From Candidatus Nomurabacteria bacterium RIFCSPLOWO2_01_FULL_42_17 (lineage in GTDB: Bacteria > Patescibacteriota > Minisyncoccia > Phycocordibacterales > UBA9973): a stretch of 64,000 bases of DNA. The DNA is taken from positions 28,600 to 92,599 of the forward strand of contig MFVE01000002.1 of assembly GCA_001785985.1 (NCBI GenBank), written 5' to 3'. Under the pieces are notes generated by a model, which was not told where the DNA came from, searched no databases, and saw nothing but the letters and a program-made list of their open reading frames with translations. The first letter of the stretch is position 1, and each line of letters begins with the position of its first letter. Below are positions 19,409 to 28,001 of this stretch, piece by piece. The position numbers and the translations under genes were made by a program.

Positions 19409-20428
19409 ATGAAAAAAAATCTAGAAACCTTAGAATTCATTTTGAAGAATTATAAAAATTTCAACGCTCGAGCCACCCGCGACGCGCTTTTGGCTTATTG
19501 GCGGCACTTAGAGAAAGGTGGGAAAATGTTCTGGGCGATGGCGGGAGCGATGTCTTCCGCCCAGCTCGGCATCACGCTGGCGCCCGCTATTCGAGAGGGC
19601 CTCATCCACGGCCTGTCCGTCACCGGCGCCAACCTGGAAGAATCGCTTTTTCGCCTAGTCGCGCACGATAGCTATAAAGATTTTCCAGATTATCGCTATT
19701 TTACCAAGGAGGATGACACAAAGATTCTAAAAAATAGAATGCGCCGAGTTACAGACACTAGCATTCCGGAAGATGAAGCATTCCGCGCGGTGGAAAGTCT
19801 AATTTTACCAGTTTGGGAAAAAGCAACCAAAGAAAAAACACGAAAATTCTGGCACGAATATTTTTATGATCTAATCCAAGCCATTGATAAAAAGAAACAT
19901 GAAGGGAAGGCCGAAGAATGCTGGCTCTTGGCGGCCGCTCTAAAAAACCTCCCGATAGTGGTGCCCGGCTATGAAGATTCTACTTTCGGAAATATTTTTG
20001 CTTCGCATGTAAAGCTGGGCGACGCGAGCGCGAACATCGCCAAAAGCGGCATCGAATATATGGGAGCATTTTACGACCAATATCAAAAGCTCTCGGAGGG
20101 CAAAGGTATCGGATTCTTCCAGATCGGCGGAGGCATCGCCGGAGACTTCCCTATCTGCGTCGTGCCATCCTTGAAATATGACATGGAGGTTTCCGCCAAA
20201 CCCTGGGCATATTTTTGCCAGATCTCAGACTCTACCACCTCGTATGGCTCGTATTCCGGCGCCACCCCGAACGAAAAAATAACCTGGGACAAATTGACCA
20301 AAGACACCCCCATGTTCGTCATCGAGTCAGACGCCACCATCGTCGCTCCGCTCATCTTGACTGCCCTCTTGGAATGCAAAGCAAACCCGAAAGAAGCAAA
20401 TAAATTGATAGAGAAATATACAGCTTAA
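19409..20428 (+). CDS. Deoxyhypusine synthase-like protein (probable homospermidine synthase)
   Basis: TGANLEE, IGGG, GSYSGATPNEKITWDKL with catalytic Lys position, ESDATIVAP; operon with aguBA. Confidence 0.85.
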   Translation: MKKNLETLEFILKNYKNFNARATRDALLAYWRHLEKGGKMFWAMAGAMSSAQLGITLAPAIREGLIHGLSVTGANLEESLFRLVAHDSYKDFPDYRYFTKEDDTKILKNRMRRVTDTSIPEDEAFRAVESLILPVWEKATKEKTRKFWHEYFYDLIQAIDKKKHEGKAEECWLLAAALKNLPIVVPGYEDSTFGNIFASHVKLGDASANIAKSGIEYMGAFYDQYQKLSEGKGIGFFQIGGGIAGDFPICVVPSLKYDMEVSAKPWAYFCQISDSTTSYGSYSGATPNEKITWDKLTKDTPMFVIESDATIVAPLILTALLECKANPKEANKLIEKYTA

Positions 20429-20429
20429 C

Positions 20430-21329
20430 GTGTTCAAAATGAAATCCATAAATATCGCGCTGGTGCAAACAAAAGTTTCAGAGAATATCGAAGAAAACGT
20501 CAAAAAAACTGCGAAATTGATCGAACAGGCAGCTAAAGCGGGCGCGAAAATAGTCGCCCTGCAAGAACTTTTCCAGACGCCGTATTTTCCGCAGTGGAAG
20601 AATAAAAATAAGGATGATTATGCGGAAAAAGTCACCGGACCCACCGTCACTGCGATGAAGAAAATCGCCCGAAAGTTGAAAATTACTCTGATCGTACCAT
20701 TTTATGAAAAAATTTCCGCCCAAGGCGGACCAGCCTCTGGCTGGAAAGATAAATATTTCAACACTGCCGTTGTGATTGATAAAAATGGAAAACTGCTGGG
20801 CCGATATCACAAAATTCATATTCCCCAGGACCCGAGTTTTTATGAAAAAGAATATTTCAGAGAGGGCGAGTTGGGATACAAGATATTTTCAGTTGACGGA
20901 ATCAAATTCGCCGTACTGATCTGCTACGACCAGTGGTTCCCCGAGGCCGCCCGCCTGGCCAAGCTCTCCGGAGCGGAAATAATTTTTTATCCGACCGCGA
21001 TCGGCAATATCATCGGAGATGATGCGCCGGAGGGCGATTGGCATGACGCCTGGGAGACAGTCCAACGCGGACATGCGATCGCAAACAGCGTCTATGTGGC
21101 CGCGATCAATCGAGTCGGCAGAGAAGGACAGACGCGATTTTTCGGCCAGTCTTTTATTTCCGATCCATTCGGCAAGATTATCAAACGAGCGAGCCCGAGC
21201 AAAGAGGCAGTCCTTGTGGCCAAGCTGGATTTGGGGAAAAATAAATTTATAGAAAAAGGCTGGGGCTTTATGCGAAATCGTCGGCCGGACACCTACAAGC
21301 CCTTAGCCATAAAAACTTTGAAAAAATAA
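20430..21329 (+). CDS. aguB: N-carbamoylputrescine amidase (carbon-nitrogen hydrolase)
   Basis: LQELF, YHKIHIP, ICYDQWFPEAAR, YPTAIG, RNRRP. Confidence 0.88.
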   Translation: MFKMKSINIALVQTKVSENIEENVKKTAKLIEQAAKAGAKIVALQELFQTPYFPQWKNKNKDDYAEKVTGPTVTAMKKIARKLKITLIVPFYEKISAQGGPASGWKDKYFNTAVVIDKNGKLLGRYHKIHIPQDPSFYEKEYFREGELGYKIFSVDGIKFAVLICYDQWFPEAARLAKLSGAEIIFYPTAIGNIIGDDAPEGDWHDAWETVQRGHAIANSVYVAAINRVGREGQTRFFGQSFISDPFGKIIKRASPSKEAVLVAKLDLGKNKFIEKGWGFMRNRRPDTYKPLAIKTLKK

Positions 21330-22373
21330 ATGCGAGAGACGCCGACACAACTTGGTTTTTTGATGCCCGCTGAATGGGAAGCGCACGAAGCGGTCTGGCT
21401 CGCTTGGCCTCACGACCAGACCACTTTCCCTAATCGATTGTCCAAGGTAGAAAAAGTTTATTGCCAGATAATAAAAACCCTCGGAGATCAGACAGGTAGT
21501 GAGCGAGTTCACTTACTGGTGCTTCCCACTATAAAGAGTAAAGTGGAAGAAATTTTAAAAAGAAGCGGAGTTGATTTGAAACAAATCACATTTTATCCGA
21601 CTGATTATGCCGATGTCTGGACTAGAGACTACGGACCTATATTTTTGATCAATCGGAAAGAAAGCACCCTAGGCTGGGTCAAAGCGCGACACAATGCTTA
21701 TGGCAAAAAAGAAAACGCATTTTATGCTCCCCTACTCAAAGACGACGAAGTCTTTAATCGAATCAAGACAGAGGGGCAAAAATTTAATCTAGATATTGTG
21801 TTAGAGGGCGGTTCGATTGAGGTGAATGGAGCAGGCGTTCTCGTAACGACTGAACAATGTTTATTAAATCCAAATCGCAATCCGCATCTCGATCGCGGCG
21901 AGATTGAAAATCATTTAAAAAATTATTTCGGATTAAATAAGATCAGTAGGATCGTCTGGCTGAAACGGGGGCTCACCAATGACCATACAGACGGCCACAT
22001 CGATGATCTGGTGAAATTTGTTTCCCCCAATAAAATCCTTTGCTGTTATGAAGACGAGGAGGAGGATGAAAATTATGAAATTTTAAAAACTAATTTTGAG
22101 ATTTTAGTAAAAGAATCTTTCGAAGTGATCAAATTGCCCATGCCGCATATGAACTATGATGACAACACCAAAGCGCCGGCATCTTACGCAAATTTCTATA
22201 TTGGCAACAAAGTCGTTTTGGTTCCCACTTACAATGACCCAAACGACGAAAAGGCTCTAAAAATAATTGAAGATTGTTTCCCAGATCGCAAAGTAGTCGG
22301 CATAGATTGCCGCGACCTGATCTATGGCGGCGGAGCAATCCACTGCATCACTCAGCAACAACCTGCGGTTTAA
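21330..22373 (+). CDS. aguA: Agmatine deiminase
   Basis: MPAEW, WTRDYGP, LEGGSI, DHTDGHID, GGAIHCITQQQP. Confidence 0.93.
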   Translation: MRETPTQLGFLMPAEWEAHEAVWLAWPHDQTTFPNRLSKVEKVYCQIIKTLGDQTGSERVHLLVLPTIKSKVEEILKRSGVDLKQITFYPTDYADVWTRDYGPIFLINRKESTLGWVKARHNAYGKKENAFYAPLLKDDEVFNRIKTEGQKFNLDIVLEGGSIEVNGAGVLVTTEQCLLNPNRNPHLDRGEIENHLKNYFGLNKISRIVWLKRGLTNDHTDGHIDDLVKFVSPNKILCCYEDEEEDENYEILKTNFEILVKESFEVIKLPMPHMNYDDNTKAPASYANFYIGNKVVLVPTYNDPNDEKALKIIEDCFPDRKVVGIDCRDLIYGGGAIHCITQQQPAV

Positions 22374-22379
22374 AGTGTA

Positions 22380-22482
22380 AGCAAAAGTGTTCTCTAAAAT
22401 ATCGTACGGAGGCTGACGAGCCGTAGTCTTAGCAAATTTCAAGCCTAAAAATTATGCGGGTATTTTAGAGAATACTTTTGCT
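22380..22482. repeat. Long inverted repeat (about 24-bp arms) enclosing about 55 nt
   Basis: AGCAAAAGTGTTCTCTAAAATATC ... GGTATTTTAGAGAATACTTTTGCT. Confidence 0.7.
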
Positions 22483-22496
22483 GGAACTCATGAAAA

Positions 22497-22524
22497 CAAA
22501 ACCCCGTCTTGCGACGGGGTTTTG
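22497..22524. terminator. Bidirectional intrinsic terminator
   Basis: CAAAACCCCGTC-TTGC-GACGGGGTTTTG between convergent genes. Confidence 0.75.
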
Positions 22525-22611
22525 CGGCACTTATGTTGTTTACGATAAATGTAAGAATTGCCTTACACTCACTCCTCTAGCATAGCATACTTGCCCAAAG
22601 AACGCAAGTTT

Positions 22612-23469
22612 TTACCACCTAATATTTATAACGTTGTTGTTATTGTTATTATTGTTGTTGTTATTAACATTCGCCGGAGGAGCAATAACTGCTGGAGGAG
22701 GAAGCGCGTAGCGACAAGGCAAGCTGCCACGATAATTTATCGCGCCCGGATCTTGGCAAAGTTCGGCATGGTATAGACAAGGAAGCGTCCCGCCATAATT
22801 TCTTGCGAATGGATCTCTGCAAAAATTATTTTGAGGAAAATATACACAAGGCAAAGTTCCCCCGTAATTTATTGCAGTTGTATCCAGACAAAGATGAGGA
22901 GCAGCAGTCCCGGGAGCAGTGCGGAAACTTTTTATCTTTCCGGACTTATCAAACAAAATATTTTCAGCTTTCACTCGATAATAATAGACAGTATTTGGAG
23001 TGAGTCCCTCTAAAGTGACGTCGATAGTTACCGGCAGTGGCGCCGCCACCTTACTCGTGGAATTCCCTAAACTGCGAGTAGTCCCCCATTGAAACCATGC
23101 GCGAGTATCCGGAGCTCCATGCGGATTGACATATCCATTCAAGCGGGCAGAAGTCGCAGTGATGCCGCTCGCGTTTTGTGTTTTCACAACTGGAACTAAA
23201 ATAGGCGAAGTCACTAGATCGAGCGGATTAGGCAATGTTGGGATACCAAAATCTCCTCCTAACCCCGGCAATCCAGGCAGACTAGGAATCGGCGGAAGTG
23301 GCAGTTTACCTTTACTTAGCTTCTTGATATGTTCTTTTGGGTTTAAAAAGTCCACAACGTCGTCAAAAAAGCCCGCCTCTGCCTTCGTGCCTGCATAGAT
23401 ACTCCCCGAGAGGACGATGATGGCCAACACCCCCAAACCCTTTAAAAATAATGTTTTTGAGCTTTTCAT
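22612..23469 (-). CDS. Secreted FN3-domain protein with Cys-rich repeats and poly-Asn tail
   Basis: Signal peptide; GLTPNTVYYYRV; three CxDxxAxNYxGxLPCxY repeats. Confidence 0.75.
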   Translation of the reverse strand: MKSSKTLFLKGLGVLAIIVLSGSIYAGTKAEAGFFDDVVDFLNPKEHIKKLSKGKLPLPPIPSLPGLPGLGGDFGIPTLPNPLDLVTSPILVPVVKTQNASGITATSARLNGYVNPHGAPDTRAWFQWGTTRSLGNSTSKVAAPLPVTIDVTLEGLTPNTVYYYRVKAENILFDKSGKIKSFRTAPGTAAPHLCLDTTAINYGGTLPCVYFPQNNFCRDPFARNYGGTLPCLYHAELCQDPGAINYRGSLPCRYALPPPAVIAPPANVNNNNNNNNNNNVINIRW

Positions 23470-23550
23470 AATCTGTTTCAGACAAAAATTATAATCTATA
23501 TTTCAAGTTCTATCATATAATGGTTTAGATGTCAATAGTTAGATGCAATA

Positions 23551-23580
23551 GAAAAATCCTCTCTTACGAGAGGATTTTTC
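23551..23580 (-). terminator. Terminator downstream of rnpB
   Basis: GAAAAATCCTCTC-TTAC-GAGAGGATTTTTC. Confidence 0.75.
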
Positions 23581-23588
23581 ATGTTCTT

Positions 23589-23890
23589 GGTCTTGTGCCT
23601 ATAAGCCGAATTCTGTGTCCGTAAGGCAAGGCCTTGCGGAGATAGCAATTTGTCTAGGTCCAGCATTACTGCGAGACTCAAGCGATTCTCTCTGACCGAA
23701 GTCAGAGCGCGATCTTGCACGCGCGTAAGGATTTTGCCGTTTCACCCGAACTTAATCGGTTCGTCACTGTTCGCACCTCAACCCTTGCGGGCGGCGGGCG
23801 TTACCCGCTACGTTTAATTCTTTACAGAACTACGTGTTCGGACTTTCCTCTCCGACTTTGTATATCGGAGTAGCTATCCAGCGCAGGACC
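23589..23890 (-). ncRNA. rnpB: RNase P RNA
   Basis: Minus strand has GAGGAAAGTCC near the 5' end and ACAGAATTCGGCTTAT near the 3' end; terminal P1 pairing GGTCCTGCGC/GCACAAGACC. Confidence 0.93.
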
Positions 23891-23913
23891 AAATCCAATC
23901 ATACCATAAATTA

Positions 23914-24366
23914 TTAATATGTAAACTGCACCCTATCCCCTACCTTTAAATTAAATTTATCGGAAAAACCAGAGACGACTTCTAAAACATATTTAACCTG
24001 CTCATCAGGGCCGAAGATACCAGGATACGACTGGGGCCTAGCGTCTTTTTTTAGGTAAACTATCTTCCCCTCTTCACTAATCCAGATGATGTCTATCGGG
24101 AAATTCATATCTTTCATCCAAAAAGGATAATTACCGGGTTGTGGAAATACAAAGAGCATGCCTTCATCTTCTTTTAGTCCACTCCTGCCCGAAAGGCCAA
24201 GCTCTCTTTCTGCATTGGTTATCGCGAGTTCAACTTTGATACTCTGCCCTGCAATTTCGACTGACTTGATTGCGGAGGAGTTTCCTCCGTATGGAAAATG
24301 GTTAATGAGAAAAAATCCTAGTAAAAATAAAGTAGTAACTAAAACAAAACTGCCTTTTTTATTCAT
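23914..24366 (-). CDS. DUF192-domain protein
   Basis: RELGLSGR...GMLFVF...FWMKDMNFPIDIIW...YVLEV. Confidence 0.9.
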   Translation of the reverse strand: MNKKGSFVLVTTLFLLGFFLINHFPYGGNSSAIKSVEIAGQSIKVELAITNAERELGLSGRSGLKEDEGMLFVFPQPGNYPFWMKDMNFPIDIIWISEEGKIVYLKKDARPQSYPGIFGPDEQVKYVLEVVSGFSDKFNLKVGDRVQFTY

Positions 24367-24367
24367 G

Positions 24368-25762
24368 TTAATGAATCCCATTCGTCCAGCCGAACATTTT
24401 CCCGATAGAATCAGCCGTCTCGCGCTTGCGAGCAATTTTGATCATTCCGTCGGAAGCCACTATCTTCATCGGCGAGGAAAGAAGGCAATGATGGGAAGAA
24501 AGTCCGTCTTGATACGCCCCAGTATCCAAAACCGCCACAAACTGCTCCTGATTTGCGTGAAGTTTAGGCAAAAGAATATAATTGCCCCCGGCCGTATATT
24601 TATCATCCGAATCGCAAGTACTGCCCGCGAGCCAAGTGGTCTTCAAAACGCCGTGCATATTGTTCGCCGGAATCACATGCCACTTTTGATGGATCGCCCA
24701 CGTATCTTTGAGGTCGTTCATAAAACTCCCGTCCACAACATACCAAGATTTAGCGTTTGCCTTCGGTATGATTTTTTCCGAAAGCACTTTGTAGATTGTG
24801 ATCTCCGCCGGAGCGACGATGTATTGCCCCCATTCCACCACCAGATTCGGGTGCCGAATCCCCGCCTTGTCCGATAAATTTTTAAGTATTTTGATGATCT
24901 TACTGGAGACCCCTTTGGCGGTATAAAATTTCTTTTTTTCATAGGGAATGCCGAATCCGCCACCGATGTCGAGCGTGTCTAGGTTTGGATGTGTCTTTTG
25001 CAACTGCGCATAGAGTCCAAAGGCCCGTTTGACTCCTTCGAAAATGCTTTTCTGAGTCTTGATCTGCGAACCCATGTGGTAATGCAGAATTTTCAGATTT
25101 TTCATTTTGCCTAAATCCAGAATATCTTTTTCCGAAAGCCCGAAACGGTCGAATTTTTTATCCCAATGCGTGTCTGCTTTGATATTCAGATCCACGCGCA
25201 AGCCGATGTCACCGCGGTATTTCAAAAGCCTCTCGATCTCTTCCGGACCCTCGATGATCGGGACGATATTCATACCTTTCCCGCGAAGCTCTTCGATCAG
25301 GTCGAGATAGCTTTCGGTCTTTGGGCCATTGCACAGCACGCGGATCTTGCTGTTGAATTTCTCCCCTTCCCAAAGTTTTTTCACCAGCCAGAGTTCGTTG
25401 GCAGAAGTCACCTCCAAGTTCGCCCCTTCAGACAAAAGCGGCAAAATAAATTCTTTATTCTGATTGACCTTCATCGGATAATGATAAAAGAACTTGCCTT
25501 TATAGCCGTAAATTTTCATATAAGCTTGAAAATAGCCGATCAGATCTTTCAGCCGATCTTCTAAAATGAAAGGAAAGATCACTTGCAAAGGCGTCCCGTA
25601 TTTACTCGCGATGTCGTGGAGATTATAGATATGGTGGCCTTCGGTCACTGTCAACTCGCCGTCCTTGCTCACGTTGAAAAACTGCGTATTCCATTCATCC
25701 ACTCCTAGCTTCCAAAATTTTCTCCAATTCTTTCCCGGTTTTTTTATTTTTTTCTTAGCCAT
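24368..25762 (-). CDS. speA: Arginine decarboxylase (fold III PLP enzyme)
   Basis: YPMKVNQ (PLP Lys), CNGPK, HYHMGSQI, LDIGGG, TCDSD, GAYQ. Confidence 0.85.
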   Translation of the reverse strand: MAKKKIKKPGKNWRKFWKLGVDEWNTQFFNVSKDGELTVTEGHHIYNLHDIASKYGTPLQVIFPFILEDRLKDLIGYFQAYMKIYGYKGKFFYHYPMKVNQNKEFILPLLSEGANLEVTSANELWLVKKLWEGEKFNSKIRVLCNGPKTESYLDLIEELRGKGMNIVPIIEGPEEIERLLKYRGDIGLRVDLNIKADTHWDKKFDRFGLSEKDILDLGKMKNLKILHYHMGSQIKTQKSIFEGVKRAFGLYAQLQKTHPNLDTLDIGGGFGIPYEKKKFYTAKGVSSKIIKILKNLSDKAGIRHPNLVVEWGQYIVAPAEITIYKVLSEKIIPKANAKSWYVVDGSFMNDLKDTWAIHQKWHVIPANNMHGVLKTTWLAGSTCDSDDKYTAGGNYILLPKLHANQEQFVAVLDTGAYQDGLSSHHCLLSSPMKIVASDGMIKIARKRETADSIGKMFGWTNGIH

Positions 25763-25873
25763 CAAATTAGAAATCAAGTATATCAAGCGCCTAAAAAATG
25801 TAAAGAGCATTTTTGCTGGAACTATAGCCTAAGAGGGTTTGCATTCTTGTCCTTAATATGCAATAATCGTGGA

Positions 25874-26116
25874 ATGAATTTAGTAGCATCAATACTGCCT
25901 TATGCCCAGATCATCCTTTCGGTTGTGCTGGTAGCGGCAATTTTATTTCAACAGTCTAGCGCCGGAGTAGGCGGAGCCTTGGGCGGAGGTGAAGGCGGAA
26001 GTTTCCACCACACTCGCCGAGGCTTTGAAAAGTTTCTTTTTTATTTGTCCATCGTTTGCGGAACTCTTTTTGCTTTATTTGCATTGTTAAGTATAATAAT
26101 TAAAGCTCACAGCTAA
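25874..26116 (+). CDS. secG: Preprotein translocase SecG
   Basis: ILFQQSSAGVGGALGG...TRRGFEK, two TMs. Confidence 0.92.
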   Translation: MNLVASILPYAQIILSVVLVAAILFQQSSAGVGGALGGGEGGSFHHTRRGFEKFLFYLSIVCGTLFALFALLSIIIKAHS

Positions 26117-26236
26117 CTAGCAAGAGCAATTTTATAAAGTTTTTTCGGGTCCTCGGTTCCCCGGGGCCCCCCACCCCGGCCAGACCAGCTCAAAAACTTT
26201 ACAAAATTGCTCTTGCTTATTAAGATTTTAATCTGT

Positions 26237-27991
26237 ATGCGTAAGTTTAAATTGCCTTCAAAAAAAGAAATAAATTTTGTCTTTTCCTCTTTCTCTAAAA
26301 AAGAGCGAGCTCTTTTTATTGGATTCACCGTGGTCTTGCTCCTGAGCACACTCCTCATCTTGGAATCGATCAATAAATCTTTCCTAGTGGAGGTGCCGAT
26401 GAAAGGAGGCTCGGTAGATATCGGCATCGTCGGAGTGCCACGTTTTATCAATCCAGTGCTAGCGAGTGCAGAGGCGGACTTGGATTTGGTCTCGCTCATT
26501 TATTCCGGTTTGATGAGAAAAAATGGAAACGAGCTCATCCCGGATTTGGCGTCAAAATATGAAAGATCAGAAAATGGACTCATCTATACTTTTACTCTGA
26601 AAGACAATTTGTATTTTCAAAATGGCAAACCCGTCACTGTCGACGACGTGCTATTTACTATAAACAAAGTCAAGGACGGAGTCATCGAAAGTCCGCGCAA
26701 AGTGAATTGGGACGGCGTCAGTGTCGAGAAAATAGATGAAAGAACTGTCAAATTTACTTTAAAACAGCCCTATGCGTCATTCCTAGAAAATACGACCCTC
26801 GGCATCATGCCGTCGCACCTATGGGACAATGCTCCCCTAGAGCTCAACAATGCAAACACAAAACCAGTGGGTTCCGGACCATATATGGTGAGCTCGATAG
26901 GCAAAAGATCATCCGGCATCATAGATTATTATGAATTGATACCCTTCAAAAAGTTCGTACTAGGCGCCCCCTATATCAAAAATATAACTTTGCATTTTTA
27001 TCAAAATGAAGAAGGCCTGGTCAAAGCCCTCGTGAGCAAAGAGGTAGAAGAGATAAGCTCAATCACACCTATCAACGCGGAGAATTTAAAAGAAAAAAAT
27101 TATCGGGTGGAGTCCTCAGTCCTGCCTAGAATCTTCGGACTTTTTTTCAATCAAAATCAAAACCAACTTTTTATTGATAAGACTATCATCCGCGCGATCG
27201 ATCAAGCGATCGACAAGGATAGGATCGTCAGAGATGTGCTCCTTGGATATGGGACCGTCATTGATAGCCCGATACCGCCCAACCTGACTGAATATCACAC
27301 ATCAAAGAGCGGAACCAGCATTACTCGGACAGAAATACTGCAAAAGGTCAAGGATGATTTGGCAAAAGCCGGTTGGAAAGCTGGTGCAGATGGATTTTTA
27401 GAAAAAACTACAACTGAGAAAAAAAAGAAGACAACTAAAAAACTAGAATTTTCTATCTCGACGGGCAATGTCCCCGAGCTCGCCAAAACAGCCGAGCTGA
27501 TAAAACAAGATTTGGCTGCTGTCGGCATAAAAGTCGAGATAAAAACTTTTGAAACCGGCAATTTAAATCAAAATGTAATCCGACCGCGCAAGTACGATGC
27601 CCTATTGTTCGGAGAAATTGTAAATCACGAATCTGATCTCTTTGCTTTCTGGCATTCCTCGCAGAGAAACGATCCGGGGTTCAACATCGCCATGTACACC
27701 AGCGCCAAAGTGGATAAAATATTGGAAGACGCCTCAACCACGGTCGATGAAACCTCTAGAATAAAAAAATACGTCCAATTCAACGAAGAGATCAAGAAAG
27801 ACATGCCAGCAATCTTTTTATACAGTCCGGATTTTATATATGTAGTGTCGAAAAATCGCAGTGGACCAAGTGGATCAAGTGGACTCAGAGCAGAAAATAT
27901 CATAACGCCTTCAGACCTTTATCTCGACATATACTTGTGGTACATAGAAACAGAAGAAGTTTGGAAAATATTCGCCCCGACGCCAAAATAA
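26237..27991 (+). CDS. Peptide ABC transporter substrate-binding protein (family 5)
   Basis: LIYSGL, PDLA, YTFTLK, DDVLFT, PVGSGPY. Confidence 0.9.
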   Translation: MRKFKLPSKKEINFVFSSFSKKERALFIGFTVVLLLSTLLILESINKSFLVEVPMKGGSVDIGIVGVPRFINPVLASAEADLDLVSLIYSGLMRKNGNELIPDLASKYERSENGLIYTFTLKDNLYFQNGKPVTVDDVLFTINKVKDGVIESPRKVNWDGVSVEKIDERTVKFTLKQPYASFLENTTLGIMPSHLWDNAPLELNNANTKPVGSGPYMVSSIGKRSSGIIDYYELIPFKKFVLGAPYIKNITLHFYQNEEGLVKALVSKEVEEISSITPINAENLKEKNYRVESSVLPRIFGLFFNQNQNQLFIDKTIIRAIDQAIDKDRIVRDVLLGYGTVIDSPIPPNLTEYHTSKSGTSITRTEILQKVKDDLAKAGWKAGADGFLEKTTTEKKKKTTKKLEFSISTGNVPELAKTAELIKQDLAAVGIKVEIKTFETGNLNQNVIRPRKYDALLFGEIVNHESDLFAFWHSSQRNDPGFNIAMYTSAKVDKILEDASTTVDETSRIKKYVQFNEEIKKDMPAIFLYSPDFIYVVSKNRSGPSGSSGLRAENIITPSDLYLDIYLWYIETEEVWKIFAPTPK

Positions 27992-28001
27992 CAAAATTAA
28001 A

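Noticed and set aside
22409-22445. Hammerhead ribozyme suggested by CTGACGAG
   Set aside because: No correctly placed GAAA core or supporting stems found
24158-24877. 239-aa plus-strand ORF and many other antisense ORFs in the track
   Set aside because: Shadows of well-supported opposite-strand genes with no recognisable motifs
26136-26200. SRP RNA
   Set aside because: Lacks the conserved domain IV motif (CAGG...GGAA...AGCAG)
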